Positions 25,901 to 38,200 of a DNA stretch of 64,000 nt are shown here, one piece after another (within the stretch, counting starts at the first letter, position 1; each line of letters begins with the position of its first letter). Position numbers and translations under genes: made by a program. The stretch is from Tubulanus polymorphus (taxonomy: Eukaryota; Animalia; Nemertea): positions 1,302,001 to 1,366,000 of the forward strand of contig NC_134028.1 of the NCBI RefSeq assembly GCF_964204645.1, read 5' to 3'. The notes below the pieces were generated by a model. The model was given only the letters and a program-made list of their open reading frames with translations. It searched no databases and was not told where the DNA came from.

Positions 25901-28525
25901 GGTATTAAATGATATTACATTTTTCGATGCGTTGATAAAACATAGTCAAAAAGTGATGATCACATTTGCAAAATATATCATAAATCACCATATAATAATT
26001 ATCTAACAATGTTATGAGTAAATACCTTTATTCCTTCTCGGATGGTCTTGCACAGCTCTAATGTCATAAATGTAGAATTGTTGAAGTTATGAATGCCATC
26101 TTGCCATTCCTGATAGCGATATGTCATCCCACATCCAATGCATTTCTTTATATGAACAGGTATATCTACCAAATCAATTGAAGAATAATATATACGATAA
26201 AAAGAAACTGAATATTCACGAATATAAATAAGATAAACCTTCATATAATGTCCTACGTACTTTTATGAACTTCATGAATACCAAAGATTCTACCAGAGCC
26301 AACTAATTGAGGGGACAATGTAGCATTGCAAGAAACGCATGACTCTTCACGAGGAACTATTGTTGAAATCTGTGCAACCTTGGTAGTGAGATCAGATGGT
26401 AAATCAACAGGTACCAGTTTTCTTTCAATTACGTACTGCAATTCTTTTTCATCAAGTTCGTTGTGGTTCGTTGTGGTGCATGGTTGGTTGGTTCCTGTTG
26501 TAACCGTAGCTCTATTATATTGGTTGTTATACCATGTACAACAAACTTTATGGACGCAGAATTTAGAGCCTTTGATACAATTACATCGATACAGTTTTCT
26601 CATACTGTCATACACCACAACCGTACGGCCCAATTTCGAATAATATCTCTTATCCTTGCACAGAACAGAAAAATACCGATAACGATCAGACTGATCAAGA
26701 ATCAAAGAGATTAGAGGAACACCATCTCTCAATGACTTTTCATACAGAGCTTCGACTTTTGGAATATGCTCGGCTTTAACGATGTTTCCATCAGCTAGTT
26801 CATTCAAATATTTCACATCCAATATTGGATTGTTCACAGTTGCGGTTACATAACTGACGGATTTTAGATGGGCGCATTCAAATGAATGATTACTTGAGAT
26901 GGCAGCCGCATGCTTTGCATCCCTACAGCTCCTCAATTCACAGAAAATTTCTGAATTTTCTGTCGTTTTCTTTTTTACGTGAATCGGATTTGAATGTCCG
27001 ATCATCGATGGGAAAACGGCAAATATCCCCTGTCTATTGTCGACGCAAACTGCTCGGTGGTGATGTCGCTCAGTGATCCTGCTTGCCGCCGCAGCTTTAT
27101 TTTTCTGACATATATGGATATGTATTTTCATCCATTTCGAAGACAAAACTTTTTCACAATGGGGACATTTCTCCGTTTTCTTTTGTTTGGTCGCATTGTT
27201 GCAGCTATTAGTGTTGCACTGTTGTTTTTCTCTTACATGAGAAACAACAGGTTGCTGTTTTGGATGACAACATTTTTCCATATGTTTAGAGAGTCTTCTT
27301 CTGTCGTGTGCTTTGTGATCACAAAAAAAGCAATGGTAGTGAGATCGCTTCATACAGTTTTGATGACAGATAACACTATATAATCTTGAAATGGAAAAAA
27401 AGAAATATAAAAATCTACCTTTTGCAAATAGTCGCAATTGAGCAAAAACGCGATTTCCAGTAATTATAGGGATATGTATGGTGGCTGATTCGGATCACGT
27501 AAAAAAAGAGAAATTATCCCACTCGATCTCCACCAATTTTTTTTACATATTAAAAACGTTGTTTTACGCTACGTCAAGAACAAAGTTTAATTTAGAACGA
27601 AAAACTGGTTTTAACGTGGCATTAAAAAGAAAAATGTAGAATTCGAAAATTGGTGGAAACCGAGTGTCATCTATTATTTTTTTAATGTGGCCCGAATCAC
27701 GAACCAGCCACAATAGACTATATGAGATCAGTTCATTCCCCGCTTTCCTGGGACCGGTTCCATAATCAGGGCTTAGACTTAAGCGGCCGTCGCGTTATAT
27801 AGCCTTGCATAAATCACAACATAACGAAACAAGACTACAAAACGCACTAGTTCAATGGCACGAAGCTCTTTGAAAACCATCGTTTCGATAATTTTGGATT
27901 CCATATAGTTTTCGAAACAATTACATTCATAATTTATTTCAATTCACCATTTTGAAATATTCACGTTTCTATTTTTTTTGGAAGAGAAAAATATATTGTT
28001 TATTCTTTATGTATCATTGATCGAATCTGAAATTAGATCGTATACCTCAGCTCAGTGACATTGAAAATTCGTTGATAGACTTTTTATTTCAGATGATTCT
28101 ATAGTGATGGCCGCTTGCTCTGGAGGTTTTCAGTAATGAAAATGAGTCAATTTTCATCTAAATGATGTGCCCGACAAAAAACGTTTTTACCTCATCGGTC
28201 AGATTTTTCATCACCCGTTGAGAAACTAATCGATTCAATTTAATGTATATATAAACCAAAAATGGAATACACAAGAAATTTAAAACCTAAAGAAGACTCA
28301 CCGGTCTGAATCGTCTCTGTCCCTCAGAGGTACGGGTATTCTGGTCGTCCAGTGCACCTGCGACAAGTGTTGGTCGACATGATGTTTTTTCTTAGGCTTA
28401 TACCTGACGTTGCTACATAAAGAGCAGTGGTACCTTTCACTTGGAGGTCTGTCGATGCAACAGGTCAAAAAACAAGGCTGGAGCCCAGCCTTCAAGTCGG
28501 ACACATTCTTGAAGAAAGTGGCCAT
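19990..28525 (-). CDS. Multi-exon KDZ (Zisupton/HMGXB3-like) transposase: C2H2-like Zn fingers, SWIM, CxC4, SAP, KDZ core, Josephin-like protease, two PHD fingers
   Basis: In-phase GT-AG exons include 28302-28525, 26261-27384, 26026-26165, 25647-25848, ~24901-25074, 24638-24779, 23001-24550, several small exons, and a last exon ending TGA at 19990. Motifs: SWIM CNCIKGSKFCVH; CxC4 CGMTYRYQEWQDGIHNFN and CISCGYYPPILIWD; WSPWIG..NTEFEK; SAP VKEIRKFCKKAKVDSKGSTNDMILRL; KDZ GGWAVGCCDHGVTYCIK..GESPRDYVDL, YDWFHQ, SQRVEQ. Small exons at 25190-25590 and 20200-22900 are less certain. Confidence 0.85.
27481..27711. mobile_element. Imperfect inverted-repeat (MITE-like) insertion in intron 1 of the transposase gene
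   Basis: gtggctgattcggatcac..cactcgatctccaccaatttt versus aaaattggtggaaaccgagtg..gtggcccgaatcacgaaccagccac. Confidence 0.55.
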
Positions 28526-29040
28526 TATTTTGAATATATTTCTACTATGCGGACATCACAAAACCGAGCACATCAATAACGCAAAGTTTTCGGTCTCTGG
28601 TATCTTCAAAGCAGTATTTGTAATACCAACGTTTAAGACCATGGATCGTGTCCCCGATAAGAAACGATTGAAATGAGCGTTTGTTTCAGTTTTCTATATG
28701 TTTTTTAAGAGTTGAGGTTGACGGGAGTTACTCAATTAGAGCATACCAACGTTAGTGATACAACAGTTCTGTCAACACTAAGAAACCATTAAGCATTTGC
28801 CAGGTTTCTACGTTGTACATCTTCTAGGCTATATATGACAGCAATGCATTAAAACCATTTGTGATTAATTATATGCAACATCCTATGTTCTAACCGTCAT
28901 AAACAGTTCCCACAAACACTGAAATAAATGTGTTTCGATGCTTATGTACCGTAACGCGACGATGAATTTCATTAGCTATAATCGTTTGTATACATTTTAC
29001 ATAACTTGAACTTGAACCCATCGAAGTCTAATCGATGAGA

Positions 29041-29118
29041 GGCGCGGTGGCCGAGTGCATTATGCCGCAGGTCGCTGGTCTCTTCAATTCACGGTTTGGT
29101 TCAAACCCTGGTGGCGAC
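29041..29118 (+). other. Degenerate tRNA-like sequence (Pol III A/B boxes) inside the transposon
   Basis: ggcgcggTGGCCGAGTG..GGTTCAAACCC; no clean cloverleaf. Confidence 0.4.
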
Positions 29119-29328
29119 AATATTTCTCGGTCGAAGGTTCTTTTCTCCATTTAATTAGGAAAAAGAATCATCGAACCCTACGTGGCGCTTAGCGGTTTAA
29201 GAGTTTAAAAATAAGTCTAAAATAAGTCTTATTACGGTAAACAGCATTATTTACAGTGCACGGGAAATTATAACTTTTGGGAGTAGAACGTGGTTTTCTG
29301 AATCTCCGGTCGCCGGAGACAGTTTTAT

Positions 29329-32300
29329 GGGTCGACTAGATGGGAACGACAGGTGTGACGGGTCCAGGCGGGAACATAGGGTCCACGGGACTGTGTAGAG
29401 AGTAGAGACAGGTTTGAAGGGTCGAGACGGGAACATAGGGTCCGCGGGACTGTGTAGAGAGTAGAGACAGATTTGAAGGGTCGAGACGGGAACATAGCGT
29501 CCACGGGACTGTGTAGAGAGTAGAGACAGTTTTGAAGGGTCGAGACGGGAACATAGCGTCCACGGGACTGTGTAGAGAGTAGAGACAGATTTGAAGGGTC
29601 GAGACGGGAACATAGCGTCCGCGGGACTGTGTAGAGAGTAGAGACAGTTTTGAAGGGTCGAGACGGGAACATAGCGTCCACGGGACTGTGTAGAGAGTAG
29701 AGACAGATTTGAAGGGTCGAGACGGGAACATAGCGTCCACGGGACTGTGTAGAGAGTAGAGACAGATTTGAAGGGTCGAGACGGGAACATAGCGTCCAAG
29801 GGACTGTTGAGAGAGTAGAGACAGTTTTGAAGGGTCGAGACGGGAACATAGGGTCCACGGGACTGTGTAGAGAGTAGAGACAGGTTTGAAGGGTCGAGAC
29901 GGGAACATAGGGTCCAAGGGACTGTTGAGAGAGTAGAGACAGATTTGAAGGGTCGAGACGGGAACATAGGGTCCACGGGACTGTGTAGAAAGTAGAGACA
30001 GGTTTGAAGGGTCGAGACGGGAACATAGCGTCCACGGGACTGTTGAGAGAGTAGAGACAGTTTTGAAGGGTCGAGACGGGAACATAGCGTCCACGGGACT
30101 GTGTAGAGAGTAGAGATAGATGTGAAGGGTCGAGACAGGAACATAGGGTCCACGGGACTGTGTAGAGGGTAGAGACAGATTCGAAGGGTCGAGACAGGAA
30201 CATAGTGTCCGCGGCACTGTGTAGAGAGTAGAGACAGTTTTGAAGGGTCGAGACGGGAACATAGGGTCCACGGGACTGTGTAGAGAGTAGAGACAGATTT
30301 GAAGGGTCGAGACGGGAACATAGGGTCCACGGGACTGTGTAGAGAGTAGATACAGGTTTGAAGGGTCGAGACGGGAACATAGGGTCCGCGGGACTGTGTA
30401 GAGAGTAGAGACAGATTTGAAGGGTCGAGACGGGAACATAGCGTCCACGGGACTGTGTAGAGAGTAGAGACAGTTTTGAAGGGTCGAGACGGGAACATAG
30501 CGTCCACGGGACTGTGTAGAGAGTAGAGACAGTTTTGAAGGGTCGAGACGGGAACATAGCGTCCACGGGACTGTGTAGAGAGTAGAGACAGATTTGAAGG
30601 GTCGAGACGGGAACATAGTGTCCGCGGGACTGTGTAGAGAGTAGAGACAGATTTGAAGGGTCGAGACGGGAACATAGTGTCCACGGGACTGTGTAGAGGG
30701 TAGAGGCAGATTTGAAGGGTCGAGACGGGAACATAGGGTCCACGGGACTGTGTAGAGGGAAGAGACAGATTTGAAGGGTCGAGACAGGAACATAGTGTCC
30801 GCGGGACTGTGTAGAGAGTAGAGACAGATTTGAAGGGTCGAGACGGGAACATAGGGTCCACGGGACTGTGTAGAGGGAAGAGACAGATTTGAAGGGTCGA
30901 GACAGGAACATAGTGTCCGCGGGACTGTGTAGAGAGTAGAGACAGATTTGAAGGGTCGAGACGGGAACATAGGGTCCACGGGACTGCGTAGAGGGAAGAG
31001 ACAGATTTGAAGGGTCGAGACGGGAACATAGGGTCCACGGGACTGTGTAGAGAGTAGAGACAGATTTGAAGGGTCGAGACAGGAACATAGTGTCCGCGGG
31101 ACTGTGTAGAGAGTAGAGACAGGTTTGAAGGGTCGAGACGGGAACATAGGGTCCGCGGGACTGTGTAGAGAGTAGAGACAGGTTTGAAGGGTCGAGACGG
31201 GAACATAGGGTCCGCGGGACTGTGTAGAGAGTAGAGACAGTTTTGAAGGGTCGAGACAGGAACATAGGGTCCGCGGGACTGTGTAGAGAGTAGAGACAGA
31301 TTTGAAGGGTCGAGACGGGAACATAGCGTCCGCGGGACTGTGTAGAGAGTAGAGACAGTTTTGAAGGGTCGAGACGGGAACATAGCGTCCACGGGACTGT
31401 GTAGAGAGTAGAGACAGATTTGAAGGGTCGAGACGGGAACATAGCGTCCACGGGACTGTGTAGAGAGTAGAGACAGATTTGAAGGGTCGAGACGGGAACA
31501 TAGCGTCCAAGGGACTGTTGAGAGAGTAGAGACAGTTTTGAAGGGTCGAGACGGGAACATAGGGTCCACGGGACTGTGTAGAGAGTAGAGACAGGTTTGA
31601 AGGGTCGAGACGGGAACATAGGGTCCAAGGGACTGTTGAGAGAGTAGAGACAGATTTGAAGGGTCGAGACGGGAACATAGGGTCCACGGGACTGTGTAGA
31701 AAGTAGAGACAGGTTTGAAGGGTCGAGACGGGAACATAGCGTCCACGGGACTGTTGAGAGAGTAGAGACAGTTTTGAAGGGTCGAGACGGGAACATAGCG
31801 TCCACGGGACTGTGTAGAGAGTAGAGATAGATGTGAAGGGTCGAGACAGGAACATAGGGTCCACGGGACTGTGTAGAGGGTAGAGACAGATTCGAAGGGT
31901 CGAGACAGGAACATAGTGTCCGCGGCACTGTGTAGAGAGTAGAGACAGTTTTGAAGGGTCGAGACGGGAACATAGGGTCCACGGGACTGTGTAGAGAGTA
32001 GAGACAGATTTGAAGGGTCGAGACGGGAACATAGGGTCCACGGGACTGTGTAGAGAGTAGATACAGGTTTGAAGGGTCGAGACGGGAACATAGGGTCCGC
32101 GGGACTGTGTAGAGAGTAGAGACAGATTTGAAGGGTCGAGACGGGAACATAGCGTCCACGGGACTGTGTAGAGAGTAGAGACAGTTTTGAAGGGTCGAGA
32201 CGGGAACATAGCGTCCACGGGACTGTGTAGAGAGTAGAGACAGTTTTGAAGGGTCGAGACGGGAACATAGCGTCCACGGGACTGTGTAGAGAGTAGAGAC

Positions 32301-32977
32301 AGATTTGAAGGGTCGAGACGGGAACATAGTGTCCGCGGGACTGTGTAGAGAGTAGAGACAGATTTGAAGGGTCGAGACGGGAACATAGTGTCCACGGGAC
32401 TGTGTAGAGGGTAGAGGCAGATTTGAAGGGTCGAGACGGGAACATAGGGTCCACGGGACTGTGTAGAGGGAAGAGACAGATTTGAAGGGTCGAGACAGGA
32501 ACATAGTGTCCGCGGGACTGTGTAGAGAGTAGAGACAGATTTGAAGGGTCGAGACGGGAACATAGGGTCCACGGGACTGTGTAGAGGGAAGAGACAGATT
32601 TGAAGGGTCGAGACAGGAACATAGTGTCCGCGGGACTGTGTAGAGAGTAGAGACAGATTTGAAGGGTCGAGACGCGAACATAGGGTCCACGGGACTGTGT
32701 AGAGAGTAGAGACAGATTTGAAGGGTCGAGACGGGAACATAGGGTCCACGGGACTGCGTAGAGGGAAGAGACAGATTTGAAGGGTCGAGACGGGAACATA
32801 GGGTCCACGGGACTGCGTAGAGGGAAGAGACAGTTTTGAAGGGTCGAGACGGGAACATAGCGTCCGCGGGACTGTGTAGAGAGTAGAGACAGTTTTGAAG
32901 GGTCGAGACGGGAACATAGCATCCACAGGACTGTGTAGAGAGTAGAGACAGATGTGACGGGTCGAGACAGGAACATC
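29329..32977 (-). repeat. Right 59-bp tandem array (inverted relative to the left), 61 units plus degenerate inner units
   Basis: gggtcgagac occurs from 29419 to 32959, exactly 60 x 59 bp apart. Confidence 0.97.
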
Positions 32978-33784
32978 GGAGTAAGATAACGCGTCATGAA
33001 TTTAACAATCATCTTTATTTTTTTTTGCAAAATTCATACATTAACTTTCTTCATAAATTTGATGAATTCGAATTGATTAATGGCAAATAAAACATGCCCC
33101 AAACAAAATGCCCCGGGCCGGGTCGTTTTTAGAAAAAAACGGTTTGAGAGATTTAAAGAAAGTTGATTTTATTTTATAGAAACCAAAATAATTACACTCG
33201 TGTAATTTATTCAAGATTATATTTGAAATTAGTTTAGCTTTACCAGTAAATATATATTATTTCTAGGAGGAAATCTCGACGGGAAATTGCTTACTTCACT
33301 TCTCGAATTTTTTGTCCTGTTGACAGTGGAGGCGTTTTCTTGGCAAAAGTGCAGATCCACACCTCTCGTGATTGACGCAATCTGCTGAATGACAGAATCC
33401 AGGCTAAAATCTTTCTATGGAAGATACCCGGGTGAAGATATCTAAAAATTAACCAATGGCAATGTACTGAATTGCTGAATTTTGAATCTGAAATATTGAT
33501 ATCATATGTAGGCCCTAATTGATTGAACCGTTTATGCGGAGAGGTGTGGATCTGCACTTAAGCTTATACCGTTTCCTTCTTCGATCTTTTCAATGAAAAG
33601 TTTTCAAAAATCTAATTGACTTTTTAAAATTGTTGGTAGGTTCACATGCGAAAAACGAATCCGATTCGCGCCGTAGTTGTTTAGTTCAAATAATCGACTG
33701 CGGTGGCGCTATTGTACGGTAGGGTCGAGACGGGAACGGGTCGAGACAGTAACGGGTCGAGACGGGAACGTGGATGGCTCATAT
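32978..33784 (-). repeat. Right (sub)terminal inverted repeat, unique portion, with a ~240-bp insertion
   Basis: Reverse complement of 17428-18050 except ~33342-33580. Confidence 0.92.
33347..33559. mobile_element. MITE-like insertion in the right arm with perfect 21-bp inverted ends
   Basis: aagtgcagatccacacctctc (33347-33367) and gagaggtgtggatctgcactt (33539-33559); absent from the left arm. Confidence 0.7.
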
Positions 33785-35285
33785 ATATATGCGCTATACA
33801 GCCGTGTTTACATTTACTGATGTGTATTAATATCGCGAGATGGCAGCACCATCTGGTCCGCAAAAATTGCCCAAACCTTCCAATTGTTTACTAAATGAAA
33901 TATAACTTGCAATTAGAAAGCTAATTTTATAATCAATATGCGTATATGGGTAATTTCGTTTCTAATTCATCTTATCTATGGCCAATAAAAATATAGTTGA
34001 TATTGAAATGGACTGGTTGCCTGTCGAATTCTGCGCCACCTGTATTCGAGACCGGCAACTAGTCTATTGTCGGGCACATGGCCGGACTTTCAGAAGTTCC
34101 GGATACGACCACCGTACCACTCGGCGCGGCCTCGCACGATATGCAAATGCGTTGTTTAGGGTGTGAATCAGAACGTAGTACTTTGTTTCGGGATTCAACC
34201 AATGTTTTTTTTTTACAAAGAACGAGTTGTGTGTTATTGTAACAAAGAGAAATTGTAATTCCCTTGATTGTGCGTTCTGGCACTCTCGGTCTCCGGCGGC
34301 TCCAAGTCCCGCCGGTGTCATAGAGTGAAATGCCTCCCACCGCATGGCAATAGCTCTCAGGATTAAGGGTTATGGTCAGCAGTCCTAATATGACTCTCAA
34401 CTCGTTTAGAACGAACAGATTCTGATTCTCTTTACTTGGTTTTAGATGAGCGCGTCTATGGTTGAGAGTCACAGACCTTTTCAAAGGTAACATATAAGTC
34501 AAATGCAATGATTTACTTGGCTTGTTGACTTATCTCCGTGTTTAGTCGGTTTTCGATAAAACAAATGTGGCTGGTTTCCGGCCCATCTAACGATGCGATT
34601 TTTCAGTAAACCTATTTGATTGGCTGCAATACAAATGTGACTGGATTCGACCACGGGCCCGAGTAACAAACTTTTTTTCAATATGTTCCAATGATAGGAA
34701 ATTTATTATCAGTTCACGTAAAATCTATCAAATATACATGTACAACAAACAACTGATTACATTGGACAAAGTCTCATTCAACATGAATGAATTAATCATA
34801 AAAATTCCGGATGAACACAGAAACAACTTAGTGATACATGTGCCGTACAATGGTATTTCAATCAGAAATGAATCATATATCTAAAACCAATAATATACAT
34901 GTATCCAGGTTTTAAAAAATACGGACAACCAGTCGCCAAAGAGCTGTTTGAACACTGCTACAACAAAAAGAATTAAGTTTATGGAAAAGTTAAACTCTAA
35001 ACACCTTTGAGCAACTGGTCCCACTATTACAGCGAGAAAACATTTACTATATAAAGTACTCGATAAAACGAAACGTTGTTATGGAATTACACTAAAAACT
35101 ACTTGGTTCTTAAAAATTTTAAACATCACAGCGCAACCCCGTTACAACGAACTTCACTGTTTCTAAAAATCTGTTTGTTTACAACCGATAGTTCGTTATC
35201 TGTACTATGAAATTATCAAACTAATCTAATAATAATAATGTTCTAATCTGCTGGATGAAATTCTAGTTTTCTTACCGATAGATCG

Positions 35286-38200
35286 TTATAACGCGTTTCG
35301 TTGAATTCCATGTAAACCGGAAAATGAAGACGAATAAAGTATATCATTTCTCGCCATCAAATGTGCCCTTGGTGTTCTCGGAGGATAAACATTATTCACC
35401 CTGTTTGGATAACCGAACGGTAGAGGTGGTCTGAAGAAGTTCAAATCTCTATAATTCGTCGTCGGATTTCGGTGACGATGAGTTGGATATATGTGATACG
35501 ACGAATTGACGGATGGAGGCGGTTTTAATTTAAAAAGATTATAGTTCGGTTGATTTTGAAGACGTTTCGCGCGGGAATTTGAACAGTTTTGAAGTTTAAT
35601 CGGTTTGTATAACGGTAACTGTAGTGATTGTGACGATTGACGAGTCGTAATTGATTGCGTGCTAATTTCTCGAGTTAGTGTTGGAGATGTCTGTGTCTCG
35701 GCGTTTGACTTCTTATCTAACTCAGTTTGCACCGACACGTCCAATCTAATCGTTTTCGAGGGTATTCCACTGTCGTCGGAGCGAGAATGTTTTCTACTGA
35801 GATCGATCGGGATATTATGTAGGGTTTTCTCTCCTGTAAAGGAAAGATTTAAAGCTTCTTCTTGAAAAGTGGATCCATCCTGTCTTACACCGATACGTAG
35901 ATCAATCGGTTCTCCTCTATCAGTCGATGCAGGGACGCCAGCGAGGACCTCACTGGTTTTTATTTCTATTGGCTCTCCTTCATGAGTTGATGACGTTCTA
36001 TCAATTGACGTTTCTATTCTCTTGTTATGATGAGACTTCGTACCCTGAAAAGATATGACAAAGTTTTCATTCGATTTGTTTCAGAGGTTCATCTTTGCAG
36101 CAATCCCCGATTGTTACTCATTCTCCCCGCTGAACCACATAATCATCACAACAAAACATTCTGACTTTTAAAATATTGAATGCAACTTACAACGGGTTTC
36201 TTCGGAAACAACCCATCAACGTTTCGGTTCCTGAATTCAGCGGGTGACGCTTTCTTCGGAATCAACCCATCAACATTTCGGTTTCCCAATTCCGCTGGTG
36301 ACGCTTTCTTCGGAAACAACCCATCAACATTTTGGTTTCTGAATTCAACGGGTGACGCTTTCTTCGGAAACAACCCATCAACATTTCGGTTTCTTAATTC
36401 AGCGGGTGACGCGTTGATTATCGAGAACCATTTATCTATAACCTTATCAATGAGAGATGAATCTATAATTCGCGTTATGTTGTTGTTCGCGTCGTCCTCA
36501 GTTGAAATCATTGTAGATTCATCACAAATGTTCATGTTTTGTATTGGTTGGCGATTATCTACATCACTTCCACGCGAGAGAGCCCGTTGAAACTCCCTGT
36601 GCGCAGAGTGAATAGACCAACTACTACTTAGGTCTTCACAACTCTGTGATTCTTCACTAGTCGAGGTGTTTAACGTATTCCAAAGAAGCGTAGGCTTAGT
36701 TGTTGTAGATGCATGGTTGCATCCTCTTGAACCTCGATGCTCGGTAGAATCTGCTGGAACATTTACAATACTATTTTGTTGATATGTTGATATTGAATCT
36801 TGTTTGGAAGAGGCTGCTAGATTTTCGGGTTGGATGATAGATGAATGGGTCACTGGCGCAACTAGTTGAAGCGTCAACTCATCAGGTGACGAAACACACT
36901 GACGAGCTGCAGAATCTTGATGAAGATTATCAGTCGCAATAGAGGAGTCACGTTGAAGGGTCGCTTCATTAACAGGTGGCGAAACACACTGACTAGCTGC
37001 AGAATCTTGACGAAGATTACCAGTCACAATAGAGGAGTCACGTTGAAGGGTCGCTTCATCTACAGGTGACGAAACACACTGACTAGCTGCAGAATCTTGA
37101 CGAAGATTATCAGTCACAATAGAGGAGTCACGTTGAAGGGTCGCTTCATCAACATGTGGCGAAACAAACTGACTAGCTGCAGAATCTTGACGAAGATTAC
37201 CAGTCGCAATAGAGGAGTCACGTTGAAGGGTCGCTTCATCCGGGACAGCACACATAGATTGAGTCACTACTGGGGATTTTTGTTGAGGAGCAATGGATTC
37301 AGCTTTAGATGACGATGTTGATGATTTGTGGCTTGTGATGATCGTTTCATCGATTAAGACAGGTGGATCATTCGTATGAGAACAGAGCAGTGTTTCAGTT
37401 GAATCGACAGAATACCGCCTCACAACTTCATCTATGAGATTTTCTAAATTGGAAATTTCTCGATCCGACATTGCACGATTTTTTATCTTTCGTTTTTTCT
37501 TTATTGGACTAACGATGTAATATTGATTTCCACCAATTAACCGGAGTTTTATCGGCAGCACCATCGACGGAGCAACGTCAAAATCATCATCTACCGTACT
37601 TGACATAGGACGTACGACCAGTTCGTTCTGTCGCATCCTTTTTCCATTTTCGTTTTCAGTATCAAAACTGAGTTTCCTTTTCAACGTTTCGATGTTTTCG
37701 GATTCATTTTGTGAGTTATATTTACGATTTTTCCATGAACTTTCGAACAATACGGTTTCCGGTGCAGGATCCGTTTCGCTTTCGTAAAACACAGTCAGAT
37801 TATCATCGACAAGTTCTGATGAAGGAAACGTAATGGAACTCGAATTTTCATTTGACACACTGAATGTCAATCCGCTAGTTCCATCACTGACAGCAGCATC
37901 ACCGTATTTCAGAAATTCCAAAGTGCCTTTCATCGGTGACCTAGATTGGTCAGGTACATATAATTGTAAACTTTCGATCAAATCCACTCGCGTCGAGATT
38001 ACGTCACTGAGAATTGCGTCACGATATATTTCTTTTCTTCTTTTAAGCATTCGATTTTTGATCGATGCTGACGAGTCGTAATCGACAACTCGTCTGGTGG
38101 GATATCTAGTGCTTGTACAGTCATCATTCATGCAGGCTGATTTACATGAACTTAATGACATATTCTGGTCAATTGTTGAAGCCGTTAGTTCATTCTCATC

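Larger units (their letters stand above)
17421..33791 (-). mobile_element. KDZ/Zisupton-type (HMGXB3-related) DNA transposon, 16,371 bp, with 8-bp TSD and long inverted arms
   Basis: Direct repeat CGCTATAC at 17413-17420 and 33792-33799, each 11 bp outside the inverted GAGC(T/C)ATCCACGTTCCCGTCTCGACCC. Arms are inverted homologues over ~600 bp of unique sequence plus the 59-bp arrays. The internal gene has SWIM, CxC4, SAP and KDZ motifs. Confidence 0.9.

Noticed and set aside
19990-28525. Calling the gene the host HMGXB3 orthologue
   Set aside because: No HMG box seen, and the gene lies inside TSD-flanked inverted arms, so it is a transposon gene.
18053-32977. 59-bp arrays as a CRISPR or guide-RNA array
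   Set aside because: No unique spacers: units differ only by a few recurrent substitutions. The context is eukaryotic and no Cas-like gene is present.
29251-33030. Three overlapping 1177-1259 aa ORFs
   Set aside because: Same stop-free 59-bp repeat on the opposite strand; not evidence of a protein.
17428-33784. ATAT as the target-site duplication
   Set aside because: ATAT is palindromic and fits equally well as part of the inverted repeat. The exact, symmetrically placed 8-bp CGCTATAC matches the TSD length known for Zisupton.
33978-34681. Short ORFs right of the transposon
   Set aside because: No recognisable motifs or consistent splice structure.
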